Assembly (NCBI GenBank): GCA_037443945.1
Contig: JBBINH010000002.1
Coordinates: 33,644 to 97,643 of the forward strand
Reading direction: 5' to 3'
DNA: 64,000 nucleotides
Source: Caldilineales bacterium
GTDB taxonomy: Bacteria > Chloroflexota > Anaerolineae > J102
In this document: positions 1 through 11,298 of the stretch, piece after piece
Numbering within the stretch: the first letter of the stretch is position 1
Layout of the letters: every line of letters begins with the position of its first letter
The notes under the pieces: model-generated
What the model saw: the letters and a program-made list of their open reading frames with translations, nothing else
What the model was told of the DNA's origin: nothing
Database searches by the model: none
Program-made: the position numbers and the translations under genes

Positions 1-693
1 GGTGCGCAGACCGGCCCGATGACCGCCCAGGATGTCGGTTTCCAGGCGGTCGCCCACCATGACCGCCTCGGCAGGGCTCACGCCCAGATGGTGGAGGGCG
101 GCTTCGAAGATGCCCGGTTCGGGTTTGCCGATCACGAGGGGTTTACATCCGGTAGCGGCCTCGAGAAAGGCCAGCAAGGCGCCGGCGCCGGGCAGGTTTC
201 CCCGCTCCGAAGGCACGGTGCGATCGGGGTTTGTGGCGATGAAAGGCCGGCCGGCCGCAATCGCCAGAGTAGCCTCGGCCAGTTCATTATAACACACGGT
301 TTGGTCCAGGCCCACCACGACCAGCTCGGCTTCCTCGGCGCGGGTTGCACGCGTGTAACCGGCCTCATCCACGGCCCGACGAATGCCATCACCGCCTACG
401 ACGAGGATGCGCCGCGGGGGCGGATAGTGGCGGCGCAGGTAGGCCGCCGTGGCCAGCGAGGACGTGAACACATGCCTTTCCTCGACGTGGATGCCCATGC
501 CCGCCAGCTTGCGGACGTATTGGGCCGGCGTGCGCATGGCATTGTTGGTCAGAAACAGAAACGGATGTCCTTCGGCCTGGAGCGCTGCCACAAACGCCGC
601 CGCGCCGGGCAAAGGTTCATCCCCGCGATACAGGACGCCGTCCATGTCGATGAGCCAGGCATGCAGGGTGTCGAAAGGCGCAATCAGAGCCAT
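1..693 (-). CDS. HAD-superfamily hydrolase, subfamily IIA (NagD-like sugar phosphatase); C-terminus lies beyond the window start
   Basis: Reverse-strand translation from the ATG at 693-691 gives MALIAPFDTLHAWLIDMDGVLYRGDEPLPG...LVIGKPEP...VGDRLETDILGG. The DxDG(T/V)LY motif I, the GKP motif and the terminal GDRLxTDI match HAD-IIA. It is absent from the ORF track because it runs off the window edge. The + ORF at 19..720 is its antisense shadow. Confidence 0.7.
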   Translation of the reverse strand, partial: MALIAPFDTLHAWLIDMDGVLYRGDEPLPGAAAFVAALQAEGHPFLFLTNNAMRTPAQYVRKLAGMGIHVEERHVFTSSLATAAYLRRHYPPPRRILVVGGDGIRRAVDEAGYTRATRAEEAELVVVGLDQTVCYNELAEATLAIAAGRPFIATNPDRTVPSERGNLPGAGALLAFLEAATGCKPLVIGKPEPGIFEAALHHLGVSPAEAVMVGDRLETDILGGHRAGLRT

Positions 694-723
694 AGCGTTG
701 CACCTGGGGGACGATGTTGAGGA

Positions 724-972
724 TCAGGTTTGGTTGTCGTCTTTCGGCGCTTCCTCGCCGGCCAGGTCGCGTTCCACATCGACGGCCGCGGTCGCCACGG
801 CCCACACGACCACGCCCCAACTGCCGCCGCCGATGAGCAAAGCCAACCCAATGCTGAGCGGATTGAGCGGCACCTGGCCGCGCCCGATGCCGATAAGGAC
901 CAGGATTATGCCCAATAGAGCGGCGATCAAGCCGGCTTTGGCCGGTCCACTTAGACGCTTCATAGGTGACAT
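724..972 (-). CDS. small two-TM membrane protein (hypothetical)
   Basis: ORF 724..1032 (-), with an internal start at MSPMKRLSGPAKAGLIAALLGIILVLIGIG... It has two hydrophobic helices and lies between recJ and the HAD gene in the same orientation. Confidence 0.4.
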   Translation of the reverse strand: MSPMKRLSGPAKAGLIAALLGIILVLIGIGRGQVPLNPLSIGLALLIGGGSWGVVVWAVATAAVDVERDLAGEEAPKDDNQT

Positions 973-1012
973 CGAGAGGAGATAGCAGCGCTTCCGAGGC
1001 TTGGCAGGACGA

Positions 1013-2758
1013 TTAGGCAGGAGTGACGGCACCGAGCGGAATACCGCGACCGGCCGGCCGGATATCGCACAGGCGCAGTTGCAGCCGGCGTTGATCCTGC
1101 CAGATGTTGTCTTCCAGATAACCGGCTACGTCCACCCGCATCCCCAGCCCTTCGGCCAGATGCCCTTGTCGGAAAGCGATGGCATCGATGGTCAGATAAC
1201 CATCGCTCAAGATCAGACGCAGGTGCTCGCCGTTGCTGCCCAGACGTCGGATCTGGCGCACCATTAGATTGGGCACGGCCAGGACGGGCGGCTCGTTGCC
1301 TGCGCCCGTCGGTTCCAGCTCCTGCAGCTTGCCCAGCAAGGCATAGTCCATGTCTCTGAGGGGGACGATGGCATCGACGGTCAATTTGGGTATGCGGTCA
1401 TCAGGGTGAAGCACCTGGGCGGCAAAGGCATTGAGTCGACGGCGCAGGGCCGGCAACCGGTCGTGGCGCAGGGTAAAGCCGGCCGCAGCGGCGTGACCGC
1501 CGTAGCGCAAGAGGAGGTCGGCGCACCGGTCGAGCGCCTCGGTGATATGAAACTCGGGAATGCTGCGCGCCGATCCGCGCACCTCTTCGCTCCCCAGTTC
1601 CACGACCAACACCGGCCGATAGTACAGGTCCTTGAGTTTGCCTGCGGCCAGACCGAGAATGCCCGACGGCAGTCCGGGGCGCCCCACCAGGATGACATCG
1701 TCAGGCGGTGCTTCGCCTAGCTCGGTGGTCGCCCACTGTACGGCTGCATCGGTCAGGCTTTGTCGCTCACGGTTGAGGTTATCGAGTTTCACAGCCAGCG
1801 GCTGCGCCGTCTCCGGGTCCGGCGCCATCAACAGGTCATAGGCCAACATGGCCGTGCTCAGGCGACCGGCAGCGTTGAGGCGCGGGGCTAGCTTGAAGCC
1901 GATCTCATAGGCCGTGATCTGTCCCGGCTGCAGTCCGGCCGTCCGGGCCAGGGCCAGTACGCCCGGTCGGGGGGTCTGGCGCAGGCGTTCCAGTCCCTGT
2001 TGCACCAGCAAGCGGTTTTCCCCGCGCAGGGGCATCAGATCGGCGACCGTACCCAGGGCAACCAGGTCGAGCAGGTCCTCTTCGGTCAGCCTCGGTGGGC
2101 GTGGCGCTATAGGCGCGGCTTGTTCGGCGCGGAGCAGCGCCTGGGCCAGCTTGAAGGCAACGCCGACCCCGGCCAGACCGTCAAAGGGATAGCGGCAATC
2201 GGGCTGGCGGGGATTGATGACGGCCAGGGCGTCCGGCACGTGGGATCCGGGCGTGTGATGGTCGGAGATGATGATATCGAGACCCAAGTTCTGGCCAAAC
2301 GCCACTTCGTTCTGCGAGCGGATACCGCAATCCACCGTCAAGACCACGCGGGCCCCGGCCTGTGCCAGTGCCGCCAGCGCTTCGTTGTTCAGACCGTAGC
2401 CCTCGTCAACACGGTGCGGGATATACGGTCGCACGACGGCGCCCAACGCCTGCAGGGTTTGCATCACGAGCACGGTGGCGGTCACGCCGTCGGCATCGAA
2501 GTCGCCGTAGACGACGATGGGCTCGCGACGGACGATGGCCGTGCGCAATCGCTCCACCGCCTCCCCCATCCCCTTCATCAGGAAGGGGTCATCCGGGCGG
2601 ACTCGGCGACCGAAGAACTCCTCCACCGCTTCGGGTTCGGCGAGGCCGCGGTTGAACAGCACCTGCAGAATGACGGGATGGAGATGGGGCAGCCGCGCCC
2701 GGAGGAAAGGCGGAGGTGGCGTCGGCAGGATCCAGCGCGCAGGGACGGACAAAAGCAC
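1013..2758 (-). CDS. recJ: single-stranded-DNA-specific exonuclease RecJ
   Basis: DHH/DHHA1 family motifs (VVYGDFDADGVTA, ISDHHTPG, GGHAAAAG). The typical RecJ N-terminus 'RWILPxPPP' is present. The start is a likely GTG at 2758 or TTG at 2752 with GGAG upstream. The longer track ORF up to 2926 overlaps the neighbouring gene, so I reject that N-terminal extension. Confidence 0.9.
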   Translation of the reverse strand: MLLSVPARWILPTPPPPFLRARLPHLHPVILQVLFNRGLAEPEAVEEFFGRRVRPDDPFLMKGMGEAVERLRTAIVRREPIVVYGDFDADGVTATVLVMQTLQALGAVVRPYIPHRVDEGYGLNNEALAALAQAGARVVLTVDCGIRSQNEVAFGQNLGLDIIISDHHTPGSHVPDALAVINPRQPDCRYPFDGLAGVGVAFKLAQALLRAEQAAPIAPRPPRLTEEDLLDLVALGTVADLMPLRGENRLLVQQGLERLRQTPRPGVLALARTAGLQPGQITAYEIGFKLAPRLNAAGRLSTAMLAYDLLMAPDPETAQPLAVKLDNLNRERQSLTDAAVQWATTELGEAPPDDVILVGRPGLPSGILGLAAGKLKDLYYRPVLVVELGSEEVRGSARSIPEFHITEALDRCADLLLRYGGHAAAAGFTLRHDRLPALRRRLNAFAAQVLHPDDRIPKLTVDAIVPLRDMDYALLGKLQELEPTGAGNEPPVLAVPNLMVRQIRRLGSNGEHLRLILSDGYLTIDAIAFRQGHLAEGLGMRVDVAGYLEDNIWQDQRRLQLRLCDIRPAGRGIPLGAVTPA

Positions 2759-2873
2759 ACTCCGAAAAGGGATAGGGCGCTCATTATAGCCCCAGGTTGT
2801 TGACCAAGTCCAACTCATCGCGTCCACGGGCGGGAAGCGGCAACCACGAAGGCATATCCGACGACGGAAGGGC

Positions 2874-3887
2874 TTAGCGCATTCTACCCCGACCCCTTTC
2901 GTGTTCGGCGGCAGGAGGCGAGGCAACGGCCCTGAGCCGATAGTGGTCCACGGGGTGGTGGTCGTCGCCGAGGCGATAGAAGGCCAGGTCGAGGGTCGTT
3001 GTCGTCGCCGTCACGCGCAGGGCACCCCAACCGGCGTTGTAACGGAAGACGCTACCGGCCACAGGTCGGCGCAGCGCATAGCGGGCACCCCCGCCCAGAC
3101 CGTTGACGATGTACACGATGCCCTCGCGCAGGATGCGCTCGTAGATGTGGTCATGACCGGCAATCACCACATCGGCGCCCCAGTCCGCAAAGGGCCATTG
3201 CCAGGTCGGGGTAGAGCCATGCGGTCCGGAGGAGTACGGCGGATGATGCAGGATGACGATCTGCCAGGGCGCCGTCGAAGCCGCCAACCGCGCCCGCAAC
3301 CAGCGGGCCTGCCGCGAATGCGCCCGAATGCCGTCCGGTTCCTGGGGATTGCTGTTCAGGACGAACACATGCACCGGACCCCAAACGACATCGTAGTAAC
3401 GCTCGTTGCCGGAGGTCGAGCGGAACCTTTCTCCCGGTAAGGCGAAATAGCTCAGATAGCGGTCCAACCCGGCATCGCTGTAGTCGTGATTGCCCAAAGC
3501 CGGGAAGAAGCGGTTGCCGCTTCGGCTCATGGCCTCCGCTCGGCATCGGGGACCGGAGGGGACGCCGTGTAAAAAGGCACAGTAGAAGCGACCGGTCGAG
3601 CCATCGTAAGGGTTGGTCGGGTCGCCGGCGCCTCGGTAGTAGTTATCGCCGGTGGTCAGGATAAAGGCGGGTTGCCACGAGTTGACCAGGGCGGCCACCC
3701 GGGCTGCGGCCGCAGAGGCGGTGCCGTAGTCACCGATCACGGCAAAGGTGAGACTCGCATCCGGCGGGATGGGGGCGCCAGAAGAACGGGCTCGGTCCGT
3801 CGCGGGCGTTGCCCCCAGAAGCAAACCGACCAGGAGCAGGAATAACCCACGGCTCCACAACGGGGGTATGGTGTTTCGGGATACCAT
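2874..3887 (-). CDS. secreted calcineurin-like metallophosphoesterase
   Basis: N-terminal signal peptide (LFLLLVGLLLGA). GDYG...GDNYY...GNHD...GHDH metallophosphatase motifs are present. Confidence 0.8.
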   Translation of the reverse strand: MVSRNTIPPLWSRGLFLLLVGLLLGATPATDRARSSGAPIPPDASLTFAVIGDYGTASAAAARVAALVNSWQPAFILTTGDNYYRGAGDPTNPYDGSTGRFYCAFLHGVPSGPRCRAEAMSRSGNRFFPALGNHDYSDAGLDRYLSYFALPGERFRSTSGNERYYDVVWGPVHVFVLNSNPQEPDGIRAHSRQARWLRARLAASTAPWQIVILHHPPYSSGPHGSTPTWQWPFADWGADVVIAGHDHIYERILREGIVYIVNGLGGGARYALRRPVAGSVFRYNAGWGALRVTATTTTLDLAFYRLGDDHHPVDHYRLRAVASPPAAEHERGRGRMR

Positions 3888-4234
3888 CGCACACCTCTCC
3901 AAAAAGGTTGATCGGGATCATAGCCGAGCAAGCGCCGATGGCGCGAACATCGACCGATGGTTTGAACGGCCCACCTTATCCCTCCCCCTATCCTTTTGGG
4001 CACGAGTTCCAGGCCTATCTCCGCACCCGGTTGAAAAAGCGATGAGGGCGGTATCGGCCCGACCGTGTGCCTTTTGTCAGCAAACGGTTATCTATCCCGG
4101 CTTTACAGCCGGGGGCATGTCGTCCTAAAATGAAATGTCTTTCACAAACCATACCATTGCACGGTTGCAAACGTCGTCTAGTTTAGGAAGATAGTGATGC
4201 TTTCCCTTCTTGAACCTGTGGAGGAGCAATCCCT

Positions 4235-5695
4235 ATGCAAACGTATAAACGGTTCTCTCTTTTTTCCTTCCGGTTGGCCATCGTCCTGGCCTTGCTGACC
4301 ATAGGCCTCACGACCGCCATGGCCCTGGCCGACGAGGCTACCCCACCCCAGGATAGCTCCCTTTTGCCCGAAAGGAATACCATCGAATTCGACGGACAGG
4401 TCATGGCCAGGCCTGTGGGCGGAGCCGTCGGCCTTTGGCAAATCGACGGCCGCAGCGTTATGGCGACGTCTGCCACCCGTTTTGTGCCCAATGCCGAGGC
4501 CATCCGGGTTGGTGATTGGGTTCGCGTGGTGGCCCGGAATCGCGGAGGCCAGCTTGTAGCCCAGCTTATCGCCAAAACCCGGCCCGTGCCGTTACCGACG
4601 GTGGCGGGACGTATCGAGGCCATGTCACCCACGCAGTGGACCATCGGCAGGACCGTCGTCCTGATCGACGCCAACACGCAGATTACCGGGGATCCTCCCG
4701 ATGTAGGCGATTGGGCCGTGGCTCAGGTGCGGCGGACAACGGCAGGTTGGCTGGCCGTGCGCATTCACGTGCGCGATGCCGGTCCTATCGTACCACCCCC
4801 ACCGCAACGCCTGATTCGGGGTCGTATCGAAGCCATCGGCGAGACCAGTTGGACCATCGGCAGGGTGGTGGTGTTTGTGGATGCCGGGACCCGGATCGAA
4901 GGTGATCATCCCGATGTGGGGGATTTTGCGATGGCCTGGGTTGTGTCCTCGCCGTCAGGGGAGCTGCTGGCCAGGCGTATTGTGGTCCGCGATGCATGGC
5001 CCGATAAGATCGTGCTGCGCGGGCAGGTGCTGGCCATAGACGAGGGAATATGGACGGTGCTGGTCGAGGATCAGGAGAAGACCGTCCTGACCGATGAGCA
5101 TACCCGTATTCTCGGTGACCCGACCGTGGGCGATTGGGTCGGCATCAAGGGCGTGCTCACGGGCGATGGTTCCGTCCTGGCCCATGTCATCGTGAAGTTG
5201 GCGGGCGTTTTCCCGAAGGTGAATTTCGCCGGGTTTGTGACGGCCATCCTGCCGAGTTCGCATGCGGCTGAGGCTTCTATTGTCGTCTGGGAAGTGACGG
5301 CTCCGGCCATGGGTGCCAAACCGGCCCAAACCTGGACCGTCCTTATCACCGAGGAGACGCGGAGCAACGTTGACCCGAAAGGGGTGACCGTGGGCACCTG
5401 GGTCAAGGGCAACGGCGACCGCCTGGACGACGGTCTGATTCAGGCCCGGAGTGTGCACGTGACGGCGCCTCCGCGGTTGCCTTTCCGGGGCGAAGTGACC
5501 ACGCAACCCGACCCCGGTGCACCGGATTTCCCCCAAGGGCTGTGGGTCATCGGCGGCACGAGCGTGTATGTGACGGCCCAAACCCGCATCGAGGGCCCTG
5601 TGCCCGAGCTGGGCCAACAGGCCGGCGGTTTCGGTCTTCTGCGATCCTCCGATGGCGCTCTCGATGCCTTGTTGTTGACGGTCCTGTCCCGCTGA
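4235..5695 (+). CDS. secreted protein built from tandem DUF5666-like repeats
   Basis: Signal peptide (AIVLALLTIGLTTAMALA). There are at least 5 internal repeats of a ~60-aa unit, e.g. 'GRIEAxxxTxWTIGRxVVxxDAxTxIxGDxPxVGDWAxAxV'. GGAGG lies 11 nt upstream of the ATG. An intrinsic terminator follows. Confidence 0.8.
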   Translation: MQTYKRFSLFSFRLAIVLALLTIGLTTAMALADEATPPQDSSLLPERNTIEFDGQVMARPVGGAVGLWQIDGRSVMATSATRFVPNAEAIRVGDWVRVVARNRGGQLVAQLIAKTRPVPLPTVAGRIEAMSPTQWTIGRTVVLIDANTQITGDPPDVGDWAVAQVRRTTAGWLAVRIHVRDAGPIVPPPPQRLIRGRIEAIGETSWTIGRVVVFVDAGTRIEGDHPDVGDFAMAWVVSSPSGELLARRIVVRDAWPDKIVLRGQVLAIDEGIWTVLVEDQEKTVLTDEHTRILGDPTVGDWVGIKGVLTGDGSVLAHVIVKLAGVFPKVNFAGFVTAILPSSHAAEASIVVWEVTAPAMGAKPAQTWTVLITEETRSNVDPKGVTVGTWVKGNGDRLDDGLIQARSVHVTAPPRLPFRGEVTTQPDPGAPDFPQGLWVIGGTSVYVTAQTRIEGPVPELGQQAGGFGLLRSSDGALDALLLTVLSR

Positions 5696-5726
5696 ACCGG
5701 TTGATCGATCGGCGACTAACGCTCAT

Positions 5727-5757
5727 CCCCGGCCCTCAAGGGGGCCGGGGATTTTTA
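5727..5757 (+). terminator. rho-independent terminator after the DUF5666 gene
   Basis: The hairpin CCCCGGCCC-tcaag-GGGCCGGGG is directly followed by ATTTTTAT. Confidence 0.75.
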
Positions 5758-5864
5758 TAGCCGTCGTTGACGCTCAGGTCCGGTCACCGTCTTGGGCGGT
5801 GATAACAAGATGGGGGTGGTTTGCCGCCATCCCCATCTCGGCGATGCCACTTGCCGGTGTCTTC

Positions 5865-7811
<1,947 letters not shown>

Positions 7812-8140
7812 GTAAGGTTCTCCGAAGTTGGGAGGATTCCCAACAGATTAGGCTGGTCCTATTATAACACGAGGCGTTGGTCTTGGCTATTCGGCGTGGC
7901 AGACATCAAGAACGGATCGACAAAATCAACCCCAGTATGTCCGTTTTAATGATCTCTGACTGCAACAAGGCTTCCACTCGCCGTCCGACCGGGTCCTGTC
8001 GTTGCAGGCATCATCGGGTATTCCTATCACCCGAAGGACGGTTGCTGTTTGATCGATTTTGCATTTTCGGAACATTGATTGATACTTAAACGGCCTGTTT
8101 TACCCTGTTTTCTCCGCCCCTATTGTGAGGTAGGTCTACC

Positions 8141-9094
8141 ATGAACCGCAAAACTTGGCTTCTCGTCTTTATGTTGTCGGTTTTGGCGCTGGCTGCTTGT
8201 ACCCCACCACCCACATCGACTGCGACGGCGCCATCACCGGATTTATGGGAGGTCTATGAGGATTTCTTCGTCAAGGCGAAATACATTGACCTGACCCATG
8301 CCTTCGAACCGGCGCAACCGGTTTGGCCGGGCTTCGGCAATGCCGTCTTCAAGCCGGCCGTGGCCGGACAGGCCATCGAAGGCTATGTCAAGGTAGGACA
8401 GGAGTTTACCTATGCCGAGCATGGCTTTGTGGCCACGGCCTACGAGCTGCCCACCGACCAATACGGGACCCAGCTCGACCCACCGGCGCATTGGGATGAA
8501 TATGGCGCTACCATCAGCGATATCCCGGCCACCTATGCCATCCGGCCGTTGGTCGTCATCAATATCAGCGATAAGGTGGCCAAAGATGAGGGCTATCATC
8601 TGCAGGTGCAGGATATCCTCGACTGGGAGGCCAAATACGGTCGCATCCCGGCCGGATCGGTGGTGATGGTCCGGTCGGACTGGTACAAACGTTGGGGCGA
8701 TCTGGCCCGCTTTAACCAGAAGCCCTTCCCCGGCGTAAGCCTCGACGCGCTTAAGTTCCTTCATCTCGAGCGCAACATCCTCTTCCACGGCCATGAGCCT
8801 CTCGACACAGACACCACACCCACGCTGGAAGGCGAGTACTGGCTGATGCACAATCATTTTGCCCAGGCCGAGGGGGTGGCCAACCTGGACCAGGTGCCGG
8901 AGGCCGGTGCGCTGATTATCATCGGTTTTGCTAAACCCAAGGGCGGAACGGGTGGTTATGCCCGCTACATCGCCGTAGCGCCGCCTGATTGGCCCTACGG
9001 CGTTTCCATCGAGGAAATGCCGGGCGCACCACTGCCCAAACAGACCGCACCGCTCCGCCGCGACGAACACGGTGTGTTGCGACCAACACCCTGA
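8141..9094 (+). CDS. lipoprotein, cyclase family (kynurenine formamidase-like, PF04199-like)
   Basis: The lipobox LALAAC follows the signal peptide. 'DLTHAF' and 'HGHEPLDTD' resemble the cyclase-family His/Asp metal motif. Confidence 0.75.
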   Translation: MNRKTWLLVFMLSVLALAACTPPPTSTATAPSPDLWEVYEDFFVKAKYIDLTHAFEPAQPVWPGFGNAVFKPAVAGQAIEGYVKVGQEFTYAEHGFVATAYELPTDQYGTQLDPPAHWDEYGATISDIPATYAIRPLVVINISDKVAKDEGYHLQVQDILDWEAKYGRIPAGSVVMVRSDWYKRWGDLARFNQKPFPGVSLDALKFLHLERNILFHGHEPLDTDTTPTLEGEYWLMHNHFAQAEGVANLDQVPEAGALIIIGFAKPKGGTGGYARYIAVAPPDWPYGVSIEEMPGAPLPKQTAPLRRDEHGVLRPTP

Positions 9095-9119
9095 GCGGGC
9101 GAGACGGAAACCGGGCGCA

Positions 9120-10100
9120 TTACAGAGTGCTCTGCCCCTCGGCGTGCTTTCCGCTTTCGCCGTGCTCGTCCAACACGGCGCCGATGAAATCGGGTCGTCC
9201 CCGGCAGAAGGCTTCGATACGCATAGGCGGGCGGTTGGCAGGCTGGACCATCTGCAACACCAACAGACCGGCGGCCGTACCCACGGCCGCGCCCCGACCC
9301 CAGGCCAAGACGTGTCCCGGTGGTGCCTGGCCTGGGGCCGGGGTCGCCGCCAGGATTTTGAGAAGTTGTCCCTTCCAGGTCGTATAGGTGCCCGGCCAGG
9401 GCTCATAGGCCCGTACCATGCGGGCGATGTGCGCGGCCGGTAGGGTCCAGTCAATCCGTCCCTGCTCCTTGGTCAAGGGGCGACAGAGAGTAACCCCTTC
9501 TTCCGGTTGGGGCCGGGGCTGAAGCCGGCCGGACAGATAAGCGGGTAAGGTGCGGATGAGGAGATCGGCCCCCAGGCGGGCCAGGCGTGCGCCCAGGGTG
9601 GCAGCCGTATCCTCGTCATGGATAGGCTCGGATTCCTGGGCGAGGATGGGGCCGGTGTCCATGCCGGCATCCATGAGCATGATGGTGACGCCGGTGACCG
9701 TATCGCCGGCCAAGATGGCGGCGGCAATGGGGGCCGCTCCCCGCCAGCGGGGAAGGAGTGAGGCATGCACGTTGAGGCAACCGAAGCGGGGCAAGGCTAG
9801 CACTTCGGGGCGGAGGATCTGGCCGTAGGCAGCGACGACGATCAGGTCCGGAGCCAGGGCGGCGAGTTCGGCAAAAGCCGCCGGTTCCCGCAGGCGCTCG
9901 GGTTGCAACACCGGCAACCCTGCCGCCAGAGCCACCCGCTTGACCGGTGAAGGCCGCCGTTCACGACCACGGCCGGCCGCGCGATCCGGCTGGGTGACGA
10001 CACCGACCACCCGATAGGCCGGATCGGCTAACAAGGCCTGCAGAGAGGGCACGGCGAAGTCCGGCGTGCCCATGAACACGGTGCGAACGGCGTCTTTCAA
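9120..10100 (-). CDS. fmt: methionyl-tRNA formyltransferase
   Basis: The N-terminus VFMGTPDFAVPSL, plus HASLLPRWRGAAPI and the SLLP motif, are characteristic of Fmt. Confidence 0.9.
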   Translation of the reverse strand: MKDAVRTVFMGTPDFAVPSLQALLADPAYRVVGVVTQPDRAAGRGRERRPSPVKRVALAAGLPVLQPERLREPAAFAELAALAPDLIVVAAYGQILRPEVLALPRFGCLNVHASLLPRWRGAAPIAAAILAGDTVTGVTIMLMDAGMDTGPILAQESEPIHDEDTAATLGARLARLGADLLIRTLPAYLSGRLQPRPQPEEGVTLCRPLTKEQGRIDWTLPAAHIARMVRAYEPWPGTYTTWKGQLLKILAATPAPGQAPPGHVLAWGRGAAVGTAAGLLVLQMVQPANRPPMRIEAFCRGRPDFIGAVLDEHGESGKHAEGQSTL

Positions 10101-11231
10101 GATGTGACCTCGGCCGCTTGGCTCTGCCCGAGCTGCAACTTCAGCCAGGCGTCGATGAAGGGGTCAAGCTCGCCGTCGAGCACGGCCGTGGTGTTGCCCG
10201 TTTCGTAGCCTGTGCGCTCGTCTTTGACCATCTGGTAAGGATGAAGGACATAGTTGCGGATGCGGCTGCCGAAACCCGGCTTGACATAGGCACCGCGCAG
10301 CGCTGCTTCCTGGGCCTCGCGTTTTTCCAACTCCATCTGATACAACCGGGCCCGCAGGATCCGCATGGCCGTCTCGCGGTTTTGCATCTGACTGCGCTCG
10401 TTCTGGCAGCTAACCACAATGCCCGTGGGCAGATGTGTGAGTCGCACGGCGGTGGCGTTCTTCTGCACATTTTGGCCTCCGGCTCCGCCGGCCAGGAACA
10501 CATCCATTTTGATGTCCTCCGGCCGGATTTCGATGTGGATGTCGTCCTCGAAGCGCGGCAGGACCTCGACCTGGGCGAAGGACGTGTGGCGGCGGGCGTT
10601 GGCGTCGAAGGGGCTGATCCGGACCAGGCGATGGTTGCCCTTTTCGCCCTTGAGTAAACCATAGGCCCAGTCGCCTTCGATCTCCACCGTAGCCGTTTTG
10701 ATCCCGGCTTCTTCGCCGGGGGTGACATCGGTAATGGTGGCCTTGAAGCCGCGCCGTTCGGCCCAGCGCAGGTACATCCGCAAGAGCATCTCGGCCCAAT
10801 CCTGGGCTTCGGTGCCGCCCTCGCCGGCGTGGATGGTGAGAATCGCCCCGGAACGGTCATAGGGACCGGATAAGGCCAGTTGTAGCTCGCGTTGGGTGAC
10901 GGTCTCTGCCAGCTTGGCGGCGTCGGCGGCGATGGCCTGGATGGTGGCCTCATCCTCCTCCATTTCGGCCAGATCCAACAACTCCAGCGCCTGCCTGACC
11001 TCTCGCTCCAGCTGTTCCCAGCTTTCCACGTCCTCGCGCAGGGAGGTCAGCCGTCGCATCACCGTTTGGGCCTGTTTGGGATCGGCCCACAGCTCGGGAT
11101 CGGCCGCTTGTTTTTCCAGGGCCTCCAGTTGGGCGAGTTTTTGAGGCCAGTCAAAGACGCCCCCGAATAGTCCGGAGGCGTTCCTCCAGAGATTCGAGTA
11201 ACGTTCGTGTTTCGCTTCGTATTTCGTTCAT
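10097..11231 (-). CDS. prfB: peptide chain release factor 2, with a programmed +1 ribosomal frameshift after codon 26
   Basis: The downstream frame carries RF2 motifs (SPF, GGQ in GAGGQNVQK). The upstream frame is ATG(11231) MNEIRSETRTLLESLEERLRTIRGRL-TGA. CTT TGA C lies at 11156..11150, preceded by GGGGG. The +1 frame continues in-frame into track ORF 10097..11062. Confidence 0.9.
11150..11166 (-). promoter_or_regulatory. RF2 autoregulatory +1 frameshift site (internal SD-like GGGGG + CUU UGA C)
   Basis: The minus-strand sequence is CGG GGG CGT CTT TGA C. The stop codon has a C 3' context and a Shine-Dalgarno-like element sits 3 nt upstream of CUU. Confidence 0.8.
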
Positions 11232-11298
11232 AATGCGCTCGTTGTTGAGGGCAGGTTGCAGGATTAGTCGGGTTAGAAGGTTTCAACCTGTCAACGTT

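Noticed and set aside
19-720. 233-aa + strand ORF at the window start
   Set aside because: It is the antisense shadow of the minus-strand HAD-IIA hydrolase gene, whose translation shows clear family motifs. The + frame product is low-complexity Gly/Arg/Ala-rich.
2759-2926. N-terminal extension of recJ overlapping the phosphoesterase gene
   Set aside because: RecJ homologues begin near the RWILP motif. The extension would overlap the neighbouring gene by about 50 nt and has no similarity.
8243-9454. 403-aa minus ORF overlapping the cyclase-family lipoprotein gene and the 3' end of fmt
   Set aside because: No homology signal. It overlaps two well-supported genes, and its product is Arg/Pro/Trp-rich, typical of a wrong frame.
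10141-10953. 270-aa minus ORF in an alternative frame within prfB
   Set aside because: Out-of-frame shadow. The RF2 frame carries the SPF and GGQ motifs.
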